Below are positions 1 through 9,433 of a stretch of 64,000 nt of DNA, piece by piece. Location: positions 160,001 through 224,000 of the forward strand of contig CAWHDP010000001.1 in NCBI GenBank assembly GCA_963828125.1, written 5' to 3'. The DNA is from an uncultured Chlamydiae bacterium (GTDB lineage Bacteria > Chlamydiota > Chlamydiia > Chlamydiales > SM23-39). Numbering within the stretch: position 1 is the first letter of the stretch; each line of letters starts with the position of its first letter. The position numbers and the translations under genes are program-made. The notes under the pieces were generated by a model. The model saw only the letters and a program-made list of their open reading frames with translations, searched no databases and was not told the DNA's origin.

Positions 1-619
1 CCACCAAGATCAGATTGCGGAAGGGACTCGGATCACCACTTTCACGGGCCGAACAGTGACAGGCTGCAATGTTTCGGGTTCGCCAGAAATGTTTAGGATC
101 TTTTTTTATGCCAAAAAAGTTCTAGGACGAGTGAAGATATGCTTAGAAAACTATTTAAGTCAAGGTATGGAGTTCAATTCGCTAGAGCAGCTCATTCAAC
201 AGCATCATATAGTGTTCGAACGAACTGAAACAATGAGACGTCAGATAGCAAAGATCGCCGATATTCATAAAATAGCTGAAATCGTGAAAAAAAACGGAGT
301 GGGTGCGGGTCCGCATATAACCAAATTAGCGGCGGCTACACTCTCTCAGGTTTGTCCCGGTTTAAGGATACAAATTGTGTCGATGAAACCTGGAGATCAT
401 GCACTTCTCATCCTCGGTCAGGGAAAAAACAGAGTGCTATTTGATCCTTTTGCACAACTCATCGCGCGATTTCCTTCTGTTCTATACGATTACCATGGAC
501 TCGTGATGTATAAATTGCAGGTACACAAAAAAAATAAAACTTCGGAATGGATTCTTCATGTTCCTAAGGTAGAAAAAATGAACGAAGACCAGTGTCTTGA
601 GGTTACGCACTCTCTATAG
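1..619 (+). CDS. Hypothetical protein, 5' truncated by the window edge; possible papain/transglutaminase-like fold
   Basis: Frame is open from base 2 to TAG at 617-619; contains GVGAGPH...GDHALLILG...LFDPF motif spacing. Confidence 0.6.
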   Translation, partial: HQDQIAEGTRITTFTGRTVTGCNVSGSPEMFRIFFYAKKVLGRVKICLENYLSQGMEFNSLEQLIQQHHIVFERTETMRRQIAKIADIHKIAEIVKKNGVGAGPHITKLAAATLSQVCPGLRIQIVSMKPGDHALLILGQGKNRVLFDPFAQLIARFPSVLYDYHGLVMYKLQVHKKNKTSEWILHVPKVEKMNEDQCLEVTHSL

Positions 620-622
620 CTC

Positions 623-1339
623 TCATAATCGAAAGTCGTGGCCGAGATAGGTTCTGCGGGCCTCTGGGTCATTGACGAGGGCTTCTGTGGGCCCCGATAG
701 AAGTACTTTCCCTTCTTGAATCAGATACGATCTGCAGGCAATTGAGAAGATCTCGCGGGCATTGTGGTCGGTGATGAGGACGCTGATCCCTTTTTGCTGT
801 AAAATGCGGATGAGGTGTTTGAGATCCGTAACGGCGAGGGGGTCGATGTTCGCGAAAGGTTCGTCGAGGAGAAGGAGCGAGGGGCGGGTCACGAGGGCGC
901 GGGTGATTTCGAGGCGTCGCCGCTCGCCGCCAGAGAGGCTCGAGGCCATTTTTTTGCGGAGATGTTGAAGGTGGAGTTCGCCCAGGAGAAGGTCGAGCCG
1001 CTCGTGCCGGTTCGGAATGGGGAGCGTCTCTAAGATGCAGAGGATGTTATCTTCGACAGTGAGTGAGCGGAAAATCGATGGCTCTTGGGCAAGATAGCCA
1101 AAGCCAAGCTGGGCTCTTTTGTGGACGGGAAGAGAGGTGATGTTTTGCCCTTTAAAATAGACTTCCCCTTCGTCGGGCTGAATGAGTCCGATGGTCATGT
1201 AAAAAGCGGTGGTTTTTCCGGCGCCGTTCGGCCCGAGGAGCCCGACGACTTCCCCTTGCTGAACGTTGAATGAAAGGCCGTTTACGACGGCTTTCCCATT
1301 GTAGCGCTTCACGAGGCTCTTCACTTCCAATAGGTTCAT
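623..1339 (-). CDS. lptB: LPS export ABC transporter ATP-binding protein LptB
   Basis: GLLGPNGAGKTT Walker A, YLAQEPSIFR, LSGGERRRLEI, LLDEPF, ITDHN; ends YLGHDFRL. Confidence 0.95.
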   Translation of the reverse strand: MNLLEVKSLVKRYNGKAVVNGLSFNVQQGEVVGLLGPNGAGKTTAFYMTIGLIQPDEGEVYFKGQNITSLPVHKRAQLGFGYLAQEPSIFRSLTVEDNILCILETLPIPNRHERLDLLLGELHLQHLRKKMASSLSGGERRRLEITRALVTRPSLLLLDEPFANIDPLAVTDLKHLIRILQQKGISVLITDHNAREIFSIACRSYLIQEGKVLLSGPTEALVNDPEARRTYLGHDFRL

Positions 1340-2253
1340 AAATACCGCTTAAAAAATGTGTCGATGACGTCCTGCTCGTCTAAATCAAAGGCGAAATGGA
1401 CGTTGCCGAGCCCTTCGACGGATTGATCTTGGCGAATGAGGATTTCGGCGGCGCTGAGGGAGAGGCCTTCTTGCCAAAAGAGAACTCTCTTCTCAGAGGT
1501 GAAGCGGAGAGTTTGGTCTTTGGGATCGTAGATGAGGGCGTCGGCGAGGGCATAGCTCTCTTTATTTTGAATCGAAGAGGAGAGGAGGCGGACTTCTCCT
1601 TTGAGTGTGATGAGGGTCGGTTCGAGCTCATTGAGTGTGACGACGCCTAGATCCGCGAGGAGAGTGAGTTTTCCTGGCTGCTCAATGCGCACTGTGTCCA
1701 AAAGATGGAGCGTCTCTCCTTTTTTGTCCCAAATCAACTGGGCGGCGGAAAAATGGAGGGGGCCGGAGGCCAATTGCCCTCTCGGATTTTCATAGGTGAC
1801 GATCTGTTTCGCTAAATCGAGCTGAATCTGGGTTCCGTCGATCTGATTGCCTCCTTGAACGAGATGACAATTGTCTCGAGCCGTGAATTGGTGTGTGGGA
1901 TAGGTGTAGATCCCTTCGCCTGCTGTGAGGATACAATCATTTTCTATGTGGCATTCGATGTTTGTCAGCTTTTCAATAGCCTCAATCTTCTCTTTTTTTT
2001 GCGATAGGATCAGCTCTGAGTCTTGGCTCTGTATTTGGAAGTGGCGGGTTTCGTTTTCCGTCCAAATGTCTTTCTGCACATTCTGGCGGCTCTGGCGGGC
2101 CGGCTTCTCTTCCAGCGCGCGGCGGGTCCTCAGGTCGAGGCTCTCTTGCACAAGCCGGTCGTAGATCTCCTGGTCGCCAGGTTCAAGCCGGATGTGAAAC
2201 CAGTAAACGCCAAAGAGGAGAAGCGCAGTTAGCGCGATACAACGGAGAAACAT
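1336..2253 (-). CDS. LptC/LptA (OstA)-like beta-jellyroll LPS transport protein
   Basis: N-terminal TM anchor and beta-rich body; sits between kdsA and lptB with overlapping start/stop codons. Confidence 0.6.
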   Translation of the reverse strand: MFLRCIALTALLLFGVYWFHIRLEPGDQEIYDRLVQESLDLRTRRALEEKPARQSRQNVQKDIWTENETRHFQIQSQDSELILSQKKEKIEAIEKLTNIECHIENDCILTAGEGIYTYPTHQFTARDNCHLVQGGNQIDGTQIQLDLAKQIVTYENPRGQLASGPLHFSAAQLIWDKKGETLHLLDTVRIEQPGKLTLLADLGVVTLNELEPTLITLKGEVRLLSSSIQNKESYALADALIYDPKDQTLRFTSEKRVLFWQEGLSLSAAEILIRQDQSVEGLGNVHFAFDLDEQDVIDTFFKRYL

Positions 2254-3065
2254 TGGACCGCCTCATACAGCCTTTCGACTTGGGAAAGGAGGGTTTTTAG
2301 AGCCTCGTAGGGCATCACTGTGCTTGCGTCAGATTTGGCAAGGGCTGGATTCGGGTGGGCTTCAATAAAAAGGGCGTTGGCTCCAACGGCAATAGCGGCT
2401 TTAGCCAGTGTGGGAATAAACTCGCGCTGCCCTCCCGTGGCGTGGCCGAGGCCTCCGGGAAGCTGGTTCGAGTGCGTCGCGTCAAAACAGACCGGGTAAC
2501 CGAAAGATTGCATGACCGGAATGGCCCGCATGTCGCTCACGAGGTTGTTGTAACCAAAAGAGGTGCCCCGGTCTGTGAGGATGATTCTCTCTTGTCCTGA
2601 GGCTACCAGTTTCTCAACCACGTTCGACATGTCCCACGGCGAGACAAATTGCCCTTTTTTCACGTTGACGGCGGCGGGGGCCTTCCCTGCGGCGATGATG
2701 AGATCCGTTTGCCGGCAGAGAAAGGCGGGGATCTGAATCACGTCTACGATAGATCCGGCCAGGGCCGCCTCTTCAGGGCTATGGATATCTGTCAAAACGG
2801 GAAGATCCCATTCCCGCTGCACTTTGGCAAGAATTTCAAGCCCTTTGTCTACCCCAGGGCCGCGAAAAGAGTGGATCGAGGTCCGATTCGCCTTGTCATA
2901 GGAGGCTTTAAAAATAAATTGAAAGGGAAAGCGACTGAAAATCTCTTTGAGATCTTCGGCAGAGCGGAGGGTGAATTCTTCGCTCTCAATCACGCAGGGG
3001 CCGCAAATGACTGTCAGTGGACGCCTCTCGCCGACGACCAAATTCTTAATCCGCACTTCTTTCAT
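2229..3065 (-). CDS. kdsA: 3-deoxy-8-phosphooctulonate (KDO8P) synthase
   Basis: GPCVIES, FKASYDKANRTS, QIPAFLCRQTDL, KKGQF, FDATHS motifs. Confidence 0.97.
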   Translation of the reverse strand: MKEVRIKNLVVGERRPLTVICGPCVIESEEFTLRSAEDLKEIFSRFPFQFIFKASYDKANRTSIHSFRGPGVDKGLEILAKVQREWDLPVLTDIHSPEEAALAGSIVDVIQIPAFLCRQTDLIIAAGKAPAAVNVKKGQFVSPWDMSNVVEKLVASGQERIILTDRGTSFGYNNLVSDMRAIPVMQSFGYPVCFDATHSNQLPGGLGHATGGQREFIPTLAKAAIAVGANALFIEAHPNPALAKSDASTVMPYEALKTLLSQVERLYEAVQCFSVVSR

Positions 3066-3083
3066 ACAGAGGGATCATAGCCG

Positions 3084-4526
3084 CTAGAGGTCATCATTTC
3101 CATAAAAATCGGTCAGATCCCTATTCCATTTCTGGAGCGAGGGGTAGTCGAAAAGAAATCCGTGTCCTGCTTCGTAATATTTCAGCTCGATGTTTTTCCG
3201 ATAGGAATCCGGAAGATCGAGATGCTCAAAACAAAATTCAGTGGCGGCAAAGGGGGTTCTGCAATCGTAATAGCCCGATCCAACAAAGACCTTCATGAGG
3301 GGATTGAGGACGAGGGTTCTCCGGAGCCTTTGGAGTAAATTCGGCTCTCCGTAAGAATCGTACGTTCCCGCATTCCACGAAGAGAAAGCATCATAGGAAA
3401 AGCCTTGATACTTTCTGAAGGGTAAAAAAGTGTCGAGTTCGCTCTGCAAATAGTGCTGAAGGGCGGGGACAACGCCCGCAGAATCGAGATAACTCGGATC
3501 GTGCGCATGATCGGGGTCGATGGTGCAGATATCGCCTATATACCTGCTGTCGAGTCCGCCTAGGGCTTTCCGTTCAGGTCCAAAAAATTCGGCGGTGTAA
3601 ATCGCTTCGTTGATCCGGCAATTATAGCGCTTGAGTGTGTCTACGGGGAGGCCGATGAGTTCGGCGAGAGTCTTTTCGAGGGCGGCTTTCTCGACATAGC
3701 TCAGGCGGGAGGGTTGGAGCATATAGGGGGCAAATTGCTCATAGGTAAACTTCCTTGCATAATCGACGACCTCTTGGAGCGATTTTTCGGGCCAGAGCCT
3801 CCCATGATACCAGGCGGTTGCGGCAAAGGTGGGGATTAAAAGCCAGTCGGGGAGCGCTTTATCCCGCTGGGACCAGAGGGTCGATTGTTCAAAAGCGCAG
3901 CCGTCGAGAATGATCCCTTTGACGTGGATCCCATATTGGAGCAAATTTAGGGCCAGTCCGCAGCAGCGGAGCGTCCCATAGCTTCCGCCAGCGAGGTAAA
4001 TGGGGGAATTCCAACGCTGGCCGATGTCTATGTAGGTATGGACGAATTCCCCAAGGCTCTGAATATCCCCCTCAACGCTGAAAAAATCATCGGTATCGAC
4101 CTCCTCCATCGCTCGACTAAATCCGCAATCGACCGGATCGACGTAGACGAGGTCGGTCAACCCGAGGAGCGTTTGAGGATTGTCGATGATTTTGTAGGGG
4201 GGGATCGGCGTCCGCCCTTCGTCTGCGGTGAGGAGTCGCCGCGGGCCGAAAGCGAGGATCGATTCGACGGTTCCCGCCCCTCCAGGGCCTCCAGGGAAGA
4301 CAAATGTGATCGGCCGGTGCGCTGCGTCGTTTTTGACGTAGGCAACAAAAAAAAGTTCGGCTTCTGTATGGCCGTCCCGAAAAATCGGACACATCCCGGT
4401 GATCGCGGTGTAGGAGAGGGGGCCGTTTTCTAATTCCAATACGTGATTCGTGATGTTGAGATCATATGACTCCTCCTCCTCGGCGTAAAGGAAGGGGACG
4501 AAAAGCAGGAAGAGCAGATAGCGCAT
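3084..4526 (-). CDS. Secreted serine carboxypeptidase (S10 family)
   Basis: Signal peptide; GGPGGAG, DLVYVDP, GGSYG nucleophile elbow, GYYD..TP, YEAGH. Confidence 0.85.
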   Translation of the reverse strand: MRYLLFLLFVPFLYAEEEESYDLNITNHVLELENGPLSYTAITGMCPIFRDGHTEAELFFVAYVKNDAAHRPITFVFPGGPGGAGTVESILAFGPRRLLTADEGRTPIPPYKIIDNPQTLLGLTDLVYVDPVDCGFSRAMEEVDTDDFFSVEGDIQSLGEFVHTYIDIGQRWNSPIYLAGGSYGTLRCCGLALNLLQYGIHVKGIILDGCAFEQSTLWSQRDKALPDWLLIPTFAATAWYHGRLWPEKSLQEVVDYARKFTYEQFAPYMLQPSRLSYVEKAALEKTLAELIGLPVDTLKRYNCRINEAIYTAEFFGPERKALGGLDSRYIGDICTIDPDHAHDPSYLDSAGVVPALQHYLQSELDTFLPFRKYQGFSYDAFSSWNAGTYDSYGEPNLLQRLRRTLVLNPLMKVFVGSGYYDCRTPFAATEFCFEHLDLPDSYRKNIELKYYEAGHGFLFDYPSLQKWNRDLTDFYGNDDL

Positions 4527-4584
4527 AGAGCCTCGTTAAAAAGAAATAGGCTACCTCGACTTCCCTCAAAAAGGCAAGGAATTC

Positions 4585-4613
4585 TTGCCAAATACGCTAT
4601 GAAAAGATAGAAT
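4585..4613 (+). promoter_or_regulatory. Sigma66/70-type promoter for tRNA-Arg
   Basis: TTGCCA-17 nt-TAGAAT directly upstream of the tRNA. Confidence 0.65.
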
Positions 4614-4626
4614 GGACGGATATTTT

Positions 4627-4699
4627 GGATTGATAGCTCAGTGGATAGAGCACCCGCCTTCTAAGCGGGCGGTCGCAGGTTCGAGTCCTGCTCAATCCG
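4627..4699 (+). tRNA. tRNA-Arg (UCU)
   Basis: GGATTGA/TCAATCC acceptor stem, CCCGC-CTTCTAA-GCGGG anticodon arm, GGTTCGAGTCC T arm. Confidence 0.96.
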
Positions 4700-4720
4700 T
4701 CCATTTAACTGAAATGATGT

Positions 4721-7192
4721 ATGAAAAATTTGCTCGGCGATCATCAGATGACCATTCAACTCTTCGATGGGTTAGATGGGATCGTTAAACACTTGAAAGG
4801 GGTGAGAGAGCCTGTCGGCCGGAAAAGGAGCGATCTGGTCAATCGGACCCTCTTGGCATTGATCGAAAAGGGATCGGAGCCTTGTTTTTTGCTCCCCGCT
4901 GTTTTGCAGTTCATCGAGCGGGTCGATGAAGCGGGGATTCTGCAGCATTACACCTTCACTAGTTTTGAGATCTGGCTGAATCAGTACTCCGGATTGAGTT
5001 TCGAGGAGAATTATGCCGTTCGAGCGAAGATCGCGGGTAAAAGGGTGGAGCGGAGCGATTACCAGGCCCTGTTTCCCATTGGGATGGGAAAGGTTTATGA
5101 GGGGACCCACTTTGTCACGGCCCACAAGTCGCCCGATCTCGATACGACGATCGCCTCCTTCTGGGGCTGGCTCGATGCGTTCGCCGCGCGGGTGAGCCAT
5201 GGGATCCACGTCTGGAATTTGCCAGATGGGCCCCCCCCTTCGCAAATTGAGATCGATTGGATTTTTCGCGATCTCTTTGGCGCGGCGGTCTTTACCCATC
5301 TCCCCAAGACGAGGACCCTCCTCAATTTGACCGGCAACGACTTGATGAGTCAACAGGGGATGCAGATAAAAACCTTGCAGGACTCTATTGGGGAGATCGA
5401 TCACGGACAGAGCGTAGATGCGGTTCTTGTCGTCGATGAAAACGGTTTTTTCCTCGGCGATTGGCGTTTCACCGATGTCGAAGGGGTTCGGCAGGTGATC
5501 ATTTCTCTCAGCAGCTGTCTCCGTTGGTTTGAAAATAGCCTCCATCTTCAGCTGATTTCTGTCTTCGCTAATGAAAAGATCGATGTAACCGATATTCAGA
5601 ACGCTCTCCAGCGCCTTCTCACGCTAAAATTAGAAGATGCGGAGCCGACGCTCGAATTTTCGCCCAAACAAAAAGGGCATGTCGATCTGTTTATGAAGCA
5701 GGTGCTTGAGATGAAAAAAGGGCTCGGCTCTGACTTCGAGGAATTTGCGACTGTTTTGAGCGCGCTCGGAGAGATCCCTTTCGGCGGCGTCGACGGGTTG
5801 ATCGCTAGAATGAAACAAGCTGAGTTGTTCGACGCCCGCGGCCATCTGATCGATATGCGCCCTCGCATTTTTGCGTTCCTCGAGGGGGCGATCCAGTCTC
5901 TGCATCAAGGGATCGTCAAAATCAGAGCCCGATTGGAGAGGCTCGATATCGCCCTCAAAACAAAATATCAGGTGTTCGGCAAGCATTTAAACGCCGTCAC
6001 GAATCGATCTGACGTCGAAGAAATTAAAAATAAAATGGGTTCATATTCTTACTTGACGGTTGTTTATCCAGATGGGGACAAACTGTATCCAGTTGGCGTC
6101 ATTCACGCCTCTGAGCTCAGGCGGGCGACTTTGGGAACAGTCTCGCTCAGAGATTTCTGCAATCGGGACGAGATGGGAATCCCCCCCTATTTAGATGTGA
6201 TCAGCGTCATTGACCACCACAAATCGGCCCTCAATACGTTTGCTCCGCCAGTGGCGATCCTCTCCGACGTCCAGTCGAGCAATACGCTCGTCGCTCAAAA
6301 GGCGTTCGAAATCAACGACGGGGGGCGCAGAAAGCCCTCGTTCATTCACAAAGAACGGGAATTCATCGAGTATCTCCATTTCCTATATGGGATCATCGAC
6401 GATACCGACCTGTTGAGCAAAGCCAGCGCAATGGATGTGCAGTGCGTCGCGGCCCTTTTAAACCGGATGAAAACCCTGGCGGCAGGCAAAAAAAGCGTTG
6501 TAGTCTCCCTTGACGACTTGCCGCGCGATCGGAATTTTCCCCAAAAAGGGGCTGAGCGGATTTTGCAGAACGAAGAGATGTATTCTCTTTATCGGAAAGT
6601 CTATCAGTATCGGGAAAAAGAGGTGGAAAAAAATATCCGCCTGTGCGCCAAAGGAGAGCCTTCCAATTTTTTCGCCGACACAAAAGAGCAAAACGGCTGC
6701 TGCCGTGTTGGACAAACTAAGCTGTTTGCTTCGAATATCGGCCAGTTTGAAGAGCATGCCGGAAACATCCGGCGGGTTTGGCTCGATCGGGCTTTGAAAA
6801 CAGCGCAAGAAAAGCCGGAGATCGATTTACATATCCATATGGTTAGCACCATTGTGAATGCGGAGGAGGTCTATAAAGGGACTGTGGGCAAGTATAGCCA
6901 CTCCGATGAACTTTGGCTTTGGATCCCCAATCAGGAAATCGCCGTCGAACACCTGAAACGTTTTTTGAATGCATTCCAATCTTCGCCCGGATTGAAAAAT
7001 AATCCGCTCCGAGTCGAGTTGACCGGCCCCAACGCCGATGAATTCGCTCTGATCTTTAAAGAGAGTTTCTTGGAGGTCCCTCAGAAAAAATTGAAGCAGA
7101 ATCTTCCCCTGGCCGTCTTAAAATACAGGGCGGGCTCGCTCAATTCTAGAAAAGCAATGGTGAGCCCTTTTCTCCCCCGAAGAGAAGTATAG
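4721..7192 (+). CDS. DHH-family protein resembling a family II (Mn-dependent) inorganic pyrophosphatase, with a large insertion
   Basis: AHKSPDLDT, LRDFCN, VIDHH, SSNTLV, GIIDDT, DTKE in the order of family II PPase motifs; CBS-like segments VLVVDENGFFLG and YPVGVIHASEL. Confidence 0.65.
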   Translation: MKNLLGDHQMTIQLFDGLDGIVKHLKGVREPVGRKRSDLVNRTLLALIEKGSEPCFLLPAVLQFIERVDEAGILQHYTFTSFEIWLNQYSGLSFEENYAVRAKIAGKRVERSDYQALFPIGMGKVYEGTHFVTAHKSPDLDTTIASFWGWLDAFAARVSHGIHVWNLPDGPPPSQIEIDWIFRDLFGAAVFTHLPKTRTLLNLTGNDLMSQQGMQIKTLQDSIGEIDHGQSVDAVLVVDENGFFLGDWRFTDVEGVRQVIISLSSCLRWFENSLHLQLISVFANEKIDVTDIQNALQRLLTLKLEDAEPTLEFSPKQKGHVDLFMKQVLEMKKGLGSDFEEFATVLSALGEIPFGGVDGLIARMKQAELFDARGHLIDMRPRIFAFLEGAIQSLHQGIVKIRARLERLDIALKTKYQVFGKHLNAVTNRSDVEEIKNKMGSYSYLTVVYPDGDKLYPVGVIHASELRRATLGTVSLRDFCNRDEMGIPPYLDVISVIDHHKSALNTFAPPVAILSDVQSSNTLVAQKAFEINDGGRRKPSFIHKEREFIEYLHFLYGIIDDTDLLSKASAMDVQCVAALLNRMKTLAAGKKSVVVSLDDLPRDRNFPQKGAERILQNEEMYSLYRKVYQYREKEVEKNIRLCAKGEPSNFFADTKEQNGCCRVGQTKLFASNIGQFEEHAGNIRRVWLDRALKTAQEKPEIDLHIHMVSTIVNAEEVYKGTVGKYSHSDELWLWIPNQEIAVEHLKRFLNAFQSSPGLKNNPLRVELTGPNADEFALIFKESFLEVPQKKLKQNLPLAVLKYRAGSLNSRKAMVSPFLPRREV

Positions 7193-7194
7193 GA

Positions 7195-7437
7195 TCACTC
7201 CTTTTCGTCTTCGATGATTTCGAGATTGACGCGGAGGCCGTTGCGGCTCGCGACTGACATCAAAAGAGTCCGGATCGCATTGATGGTTTTCCCTTTTTTG
7301 CCGATGATTTTGCCAATATCTGATTTTTCGACGCCGAGTTCGATGATGAGCGTATGGGTGCCGCCCACTTCATTAATGCGGACTTGGTCTGGGTGATCGA
7401 CGAGATTCTTAACGATGTATTCAACAAATTCTTTCAT
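7195..7437 (-). CDS. khpA: KH-domain RNA-binding protein (KhpA/YlqC family)
   Basis: MKEFVEYIVKNLVDHPDQV...DIGKIIGKKGKTINAIRTLL; likely start is ATG at 7437. Confidence 0.9.
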   Translation of the reverse strand: MKEFVEYIVKNLVDHPDQVRINEVGGTHTLIIELGVEKSDIGKIIGKKGKTINAIRTLLMSVASRNGLRVNLEIIEDEKE

Positions 7438-7519
7438 AGGATGCGTGCCTCTTTCTTTCGATAGGGGGAGTTCGAATTTCAAGAAAATTATATCCTTTAA
7501 GAAGATATTTTGCAATATG

Positions 7520-8463
7520 TTAAATCAAAACGGGTGCGCAGAGGGAAGGGCCGCACAGTTTTTGCAGCCAGACTTTCATGTCTATGGGGATAGGGGCGAT
7601 GAGCTGGATCGGGGCCCCTGTAATGGGATGATCAAAGGAGAGGCGGTAGGCATGGAGCAGGATCCTCTCCGTTGAGGCTCCCTTGCCATACAGAGGGTCG
7701 TTGATTACAGGAGAACCAATATGTTTCAGATGAACCCTAATTTGGTGGGTACGGCCCGTGCGCGGCTTGGCGACCACAAGGCTTGCCTTGTCGTTGAAAG
7801 CGGCTACCTGGATTTCGGTGATCGCCTCCCTGCCGTCAGGAAGGGCGGCCATCTCTTTTCGATGGACTGGGTGGCGGCCGATGGGAGCCTGGATGACCGT
7901 ATTGGCGGGGCGTCCATGGCAAATAGCGAGATATGTTTTCTCCATTTTTCGGCTCGAAAAGAGCTCGATCAGCCTCCGATGGGCTTCGCGGGTTTTGGCT
8001 GCGAGAAGAACCCCTGTGGTGTCTTTATCGAGCCGATGGACGATGCCCGGGCGGAGAGGGTCGTCTCCGGGAGGGAGATCTTGGCAGTGAGCCATGAGCG
8101 CGTTCACAAAGGTGCCCGACCAATGGCCTGGAGCCGGATGGACGACCATGCCTGCTGGTTTATTGACGGCGAGAATATGGGGGTCTTCATAGAGAATTTC
8201 TAAAGGGATAGCCTCAGGGGTCAGCAGCGCCTCGGGCGTTGCTTGAAAACAGATCTCGATCTCATCCCCCTCTTCGGGGATGACCCTTTTTTGATCGGCT
8301 CGCCGTTGAGCAAAACGCAACCGATCTCTAACAAATGTTGGAAATAGGTCCTTGAATAAGAGGGGAAACGGGCTGCTAACAGCTTATCGATCCGTTCCCC
8401 CTCCTCATCTGCGGAGATGAAAAGAAATTCGCACTCTTCTGGGTTTGAAATAGGCAGATCCAT
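7520..8463 (-). CDS. rluD: RluA-family 23S pseudouridine synthase (RluD-like), split by a frameshift in an A6 run at 8287-8292
   Basis: S4 domain (ERIDKLLA...SRTYFQ) in one frame; VNKPAGMVVHP, HRLDKDTTG, TGRTHQIRVH, LHAYRL in another; one added A restores PIKKRVIPEEGD. Confidence 0.85.
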
Positions 8464-8502
8464 AAAAACCGGCCTTATAGTATCTCACCTGAGGTTTTGG
8501 CC

Positions 8503-8655
8503 TCAAGAGGTTTGCTGAGTGGATGTGTCATTTGGGTCGACGTCGGGGTTCCCCGCGTTCCCAACAGCTTGATTGAGCTGGGCCAGTAATTGTTGTTCTT
8601 GAGAATAAAAGTCCCAAGCTGCACTACTGGTCGCTTTATTGCTAGATATTTCCAT
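8503..8655 (-). CDS. Small 50-aa hypothetical protein (below the ORF-track size cutoff)
   Basis: ATG at 8655 after AAGGGG RBS and a consensus promoter; MEISSNKATSSAAWDFYSQEQQLLAQLNQAVGNAGNPDVDPNDTSTQQTS*. Confidence 0.6.
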   Translation of the reverse strand: MEISSNKATSSAAWDFYSQEQQLLAQLNQAVGNAGNPDVDPNDTSTQQTS

Positions 8656-8679
8656 AATCCCCTTAAGTTATACTCTTTA

Positions 8680-8708
8680 ATTATACCATAAAAAAAATCT
8701 CTTGTCAA
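8680..8708 (-). promoter_or_regulatory. Perfect consensus sigma66/70 promoter
   Basis: Minus strand reads TTGACA-17 nt-TATAAT. Confidence 0.8.
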
Positions 8709-8726
8709 ACTATCCTAAGTGATTGA

Positions 8727-9002
8727 TTATGAATCGCCATCGTCTTCTCCGGCCCCTCTTTTCCAGTCTTTTTTCATTTTCTCGGTCATTTTTTGGAATG
8801 TTTTGCTGATGTAGCCGTTCAAATTATTCAGGAAGATATTCATCAGCTTAGTCCAGTCCTTGGCTGTGAAATCCATCCCTAAGAAATGGTGGCCCTCCTT
8901 AAACTCGAAACTTCCTGTATTTTTTGGGGGAGCCGATCCTGGCTGTTGCACGCCTTTTGGACTATTGCCTGAAGGGGGGACCGGATCTGAGTTGTTTACC
9001 AT
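8727..9002 (-). CDS. Small hypothetical protein (91 aa) with a Pro/Ser-rich N-terminus
   Basis: GAGGTG RBS, clean ORF filling the intergenic space, amphipathic C-terminal helix. Confidence 0.7.
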   Translation of the reverse strand: MVNNSDPVPPSGNSPKGVQQPGSAPPKNTGSFEFKEGHHFLGMDFTAKDWTKLMNIFLNNLNGYISKTFQKMTEKMKKDWKRGAGEDDGDS

Positions 9003-9033
9003 AATGCACCTCGCGTTTTATTTTATAGGATGA

Positions 9034-9429
9034 ATGGATTATTCAATAGCCCGTAAACTTGCACTCCGTCTTCTTTCGATGAGGAATTACCACACGGCTA
9101 TGTTACAGCGCAAACTGGAAAGAAAAGGGTGTTCGAAAGAGATATGCGAACGGGTGATAGAAGATTGTAAGAGGATCGGGCTGTTCAACGATGAGGATGC
9201 TATTTTACGCGAACTCAGACGAGGATATGGCCCTCGCGCCATCGAATGTAAACTCCATTTAAGCAGGGAAGAGGTGCGGAGGGCGATCACCCGCGATATG
9301 CAGCGGCAGCGGATTGCAGAATGGAGAGCGCAATCGGCCTCGCGCGAAAAAGCGATCCGTGCATTGCAACGGCGCGGCTTCGATCTCGATCTTGTGATTG
9401 AAATTTTCTCTTTGTCGGAGATAGAGTAA
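9034..9429 (+). CDS. recX: Regulatory protein RecX
   Basis: ALRLLSMR...LQRKL...FNDE...RGYGPRAI...LQRRGF. Confidence 0.85.
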   Translation: MDYSIARKLALRLLSMRNYHTAMLQRKLERKGCSKEICERVIEDCKRIGLFNDEDAILRELRRGYGPRAIECKLHLSREEVRRAITRDMQRQRIAEWRAQSASREKAIRALQRRGFDLDLVIEIFSLSEIE

Positions 9430-9433
9430 TGAA

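Noticed and set aside
8475..8708. 77-aa ORF from the track
   Set aside because: Its TTG start is the -35 box of a perfect promoter; the 50-aa ORF at 8503-8655 in another frame has the RBS.
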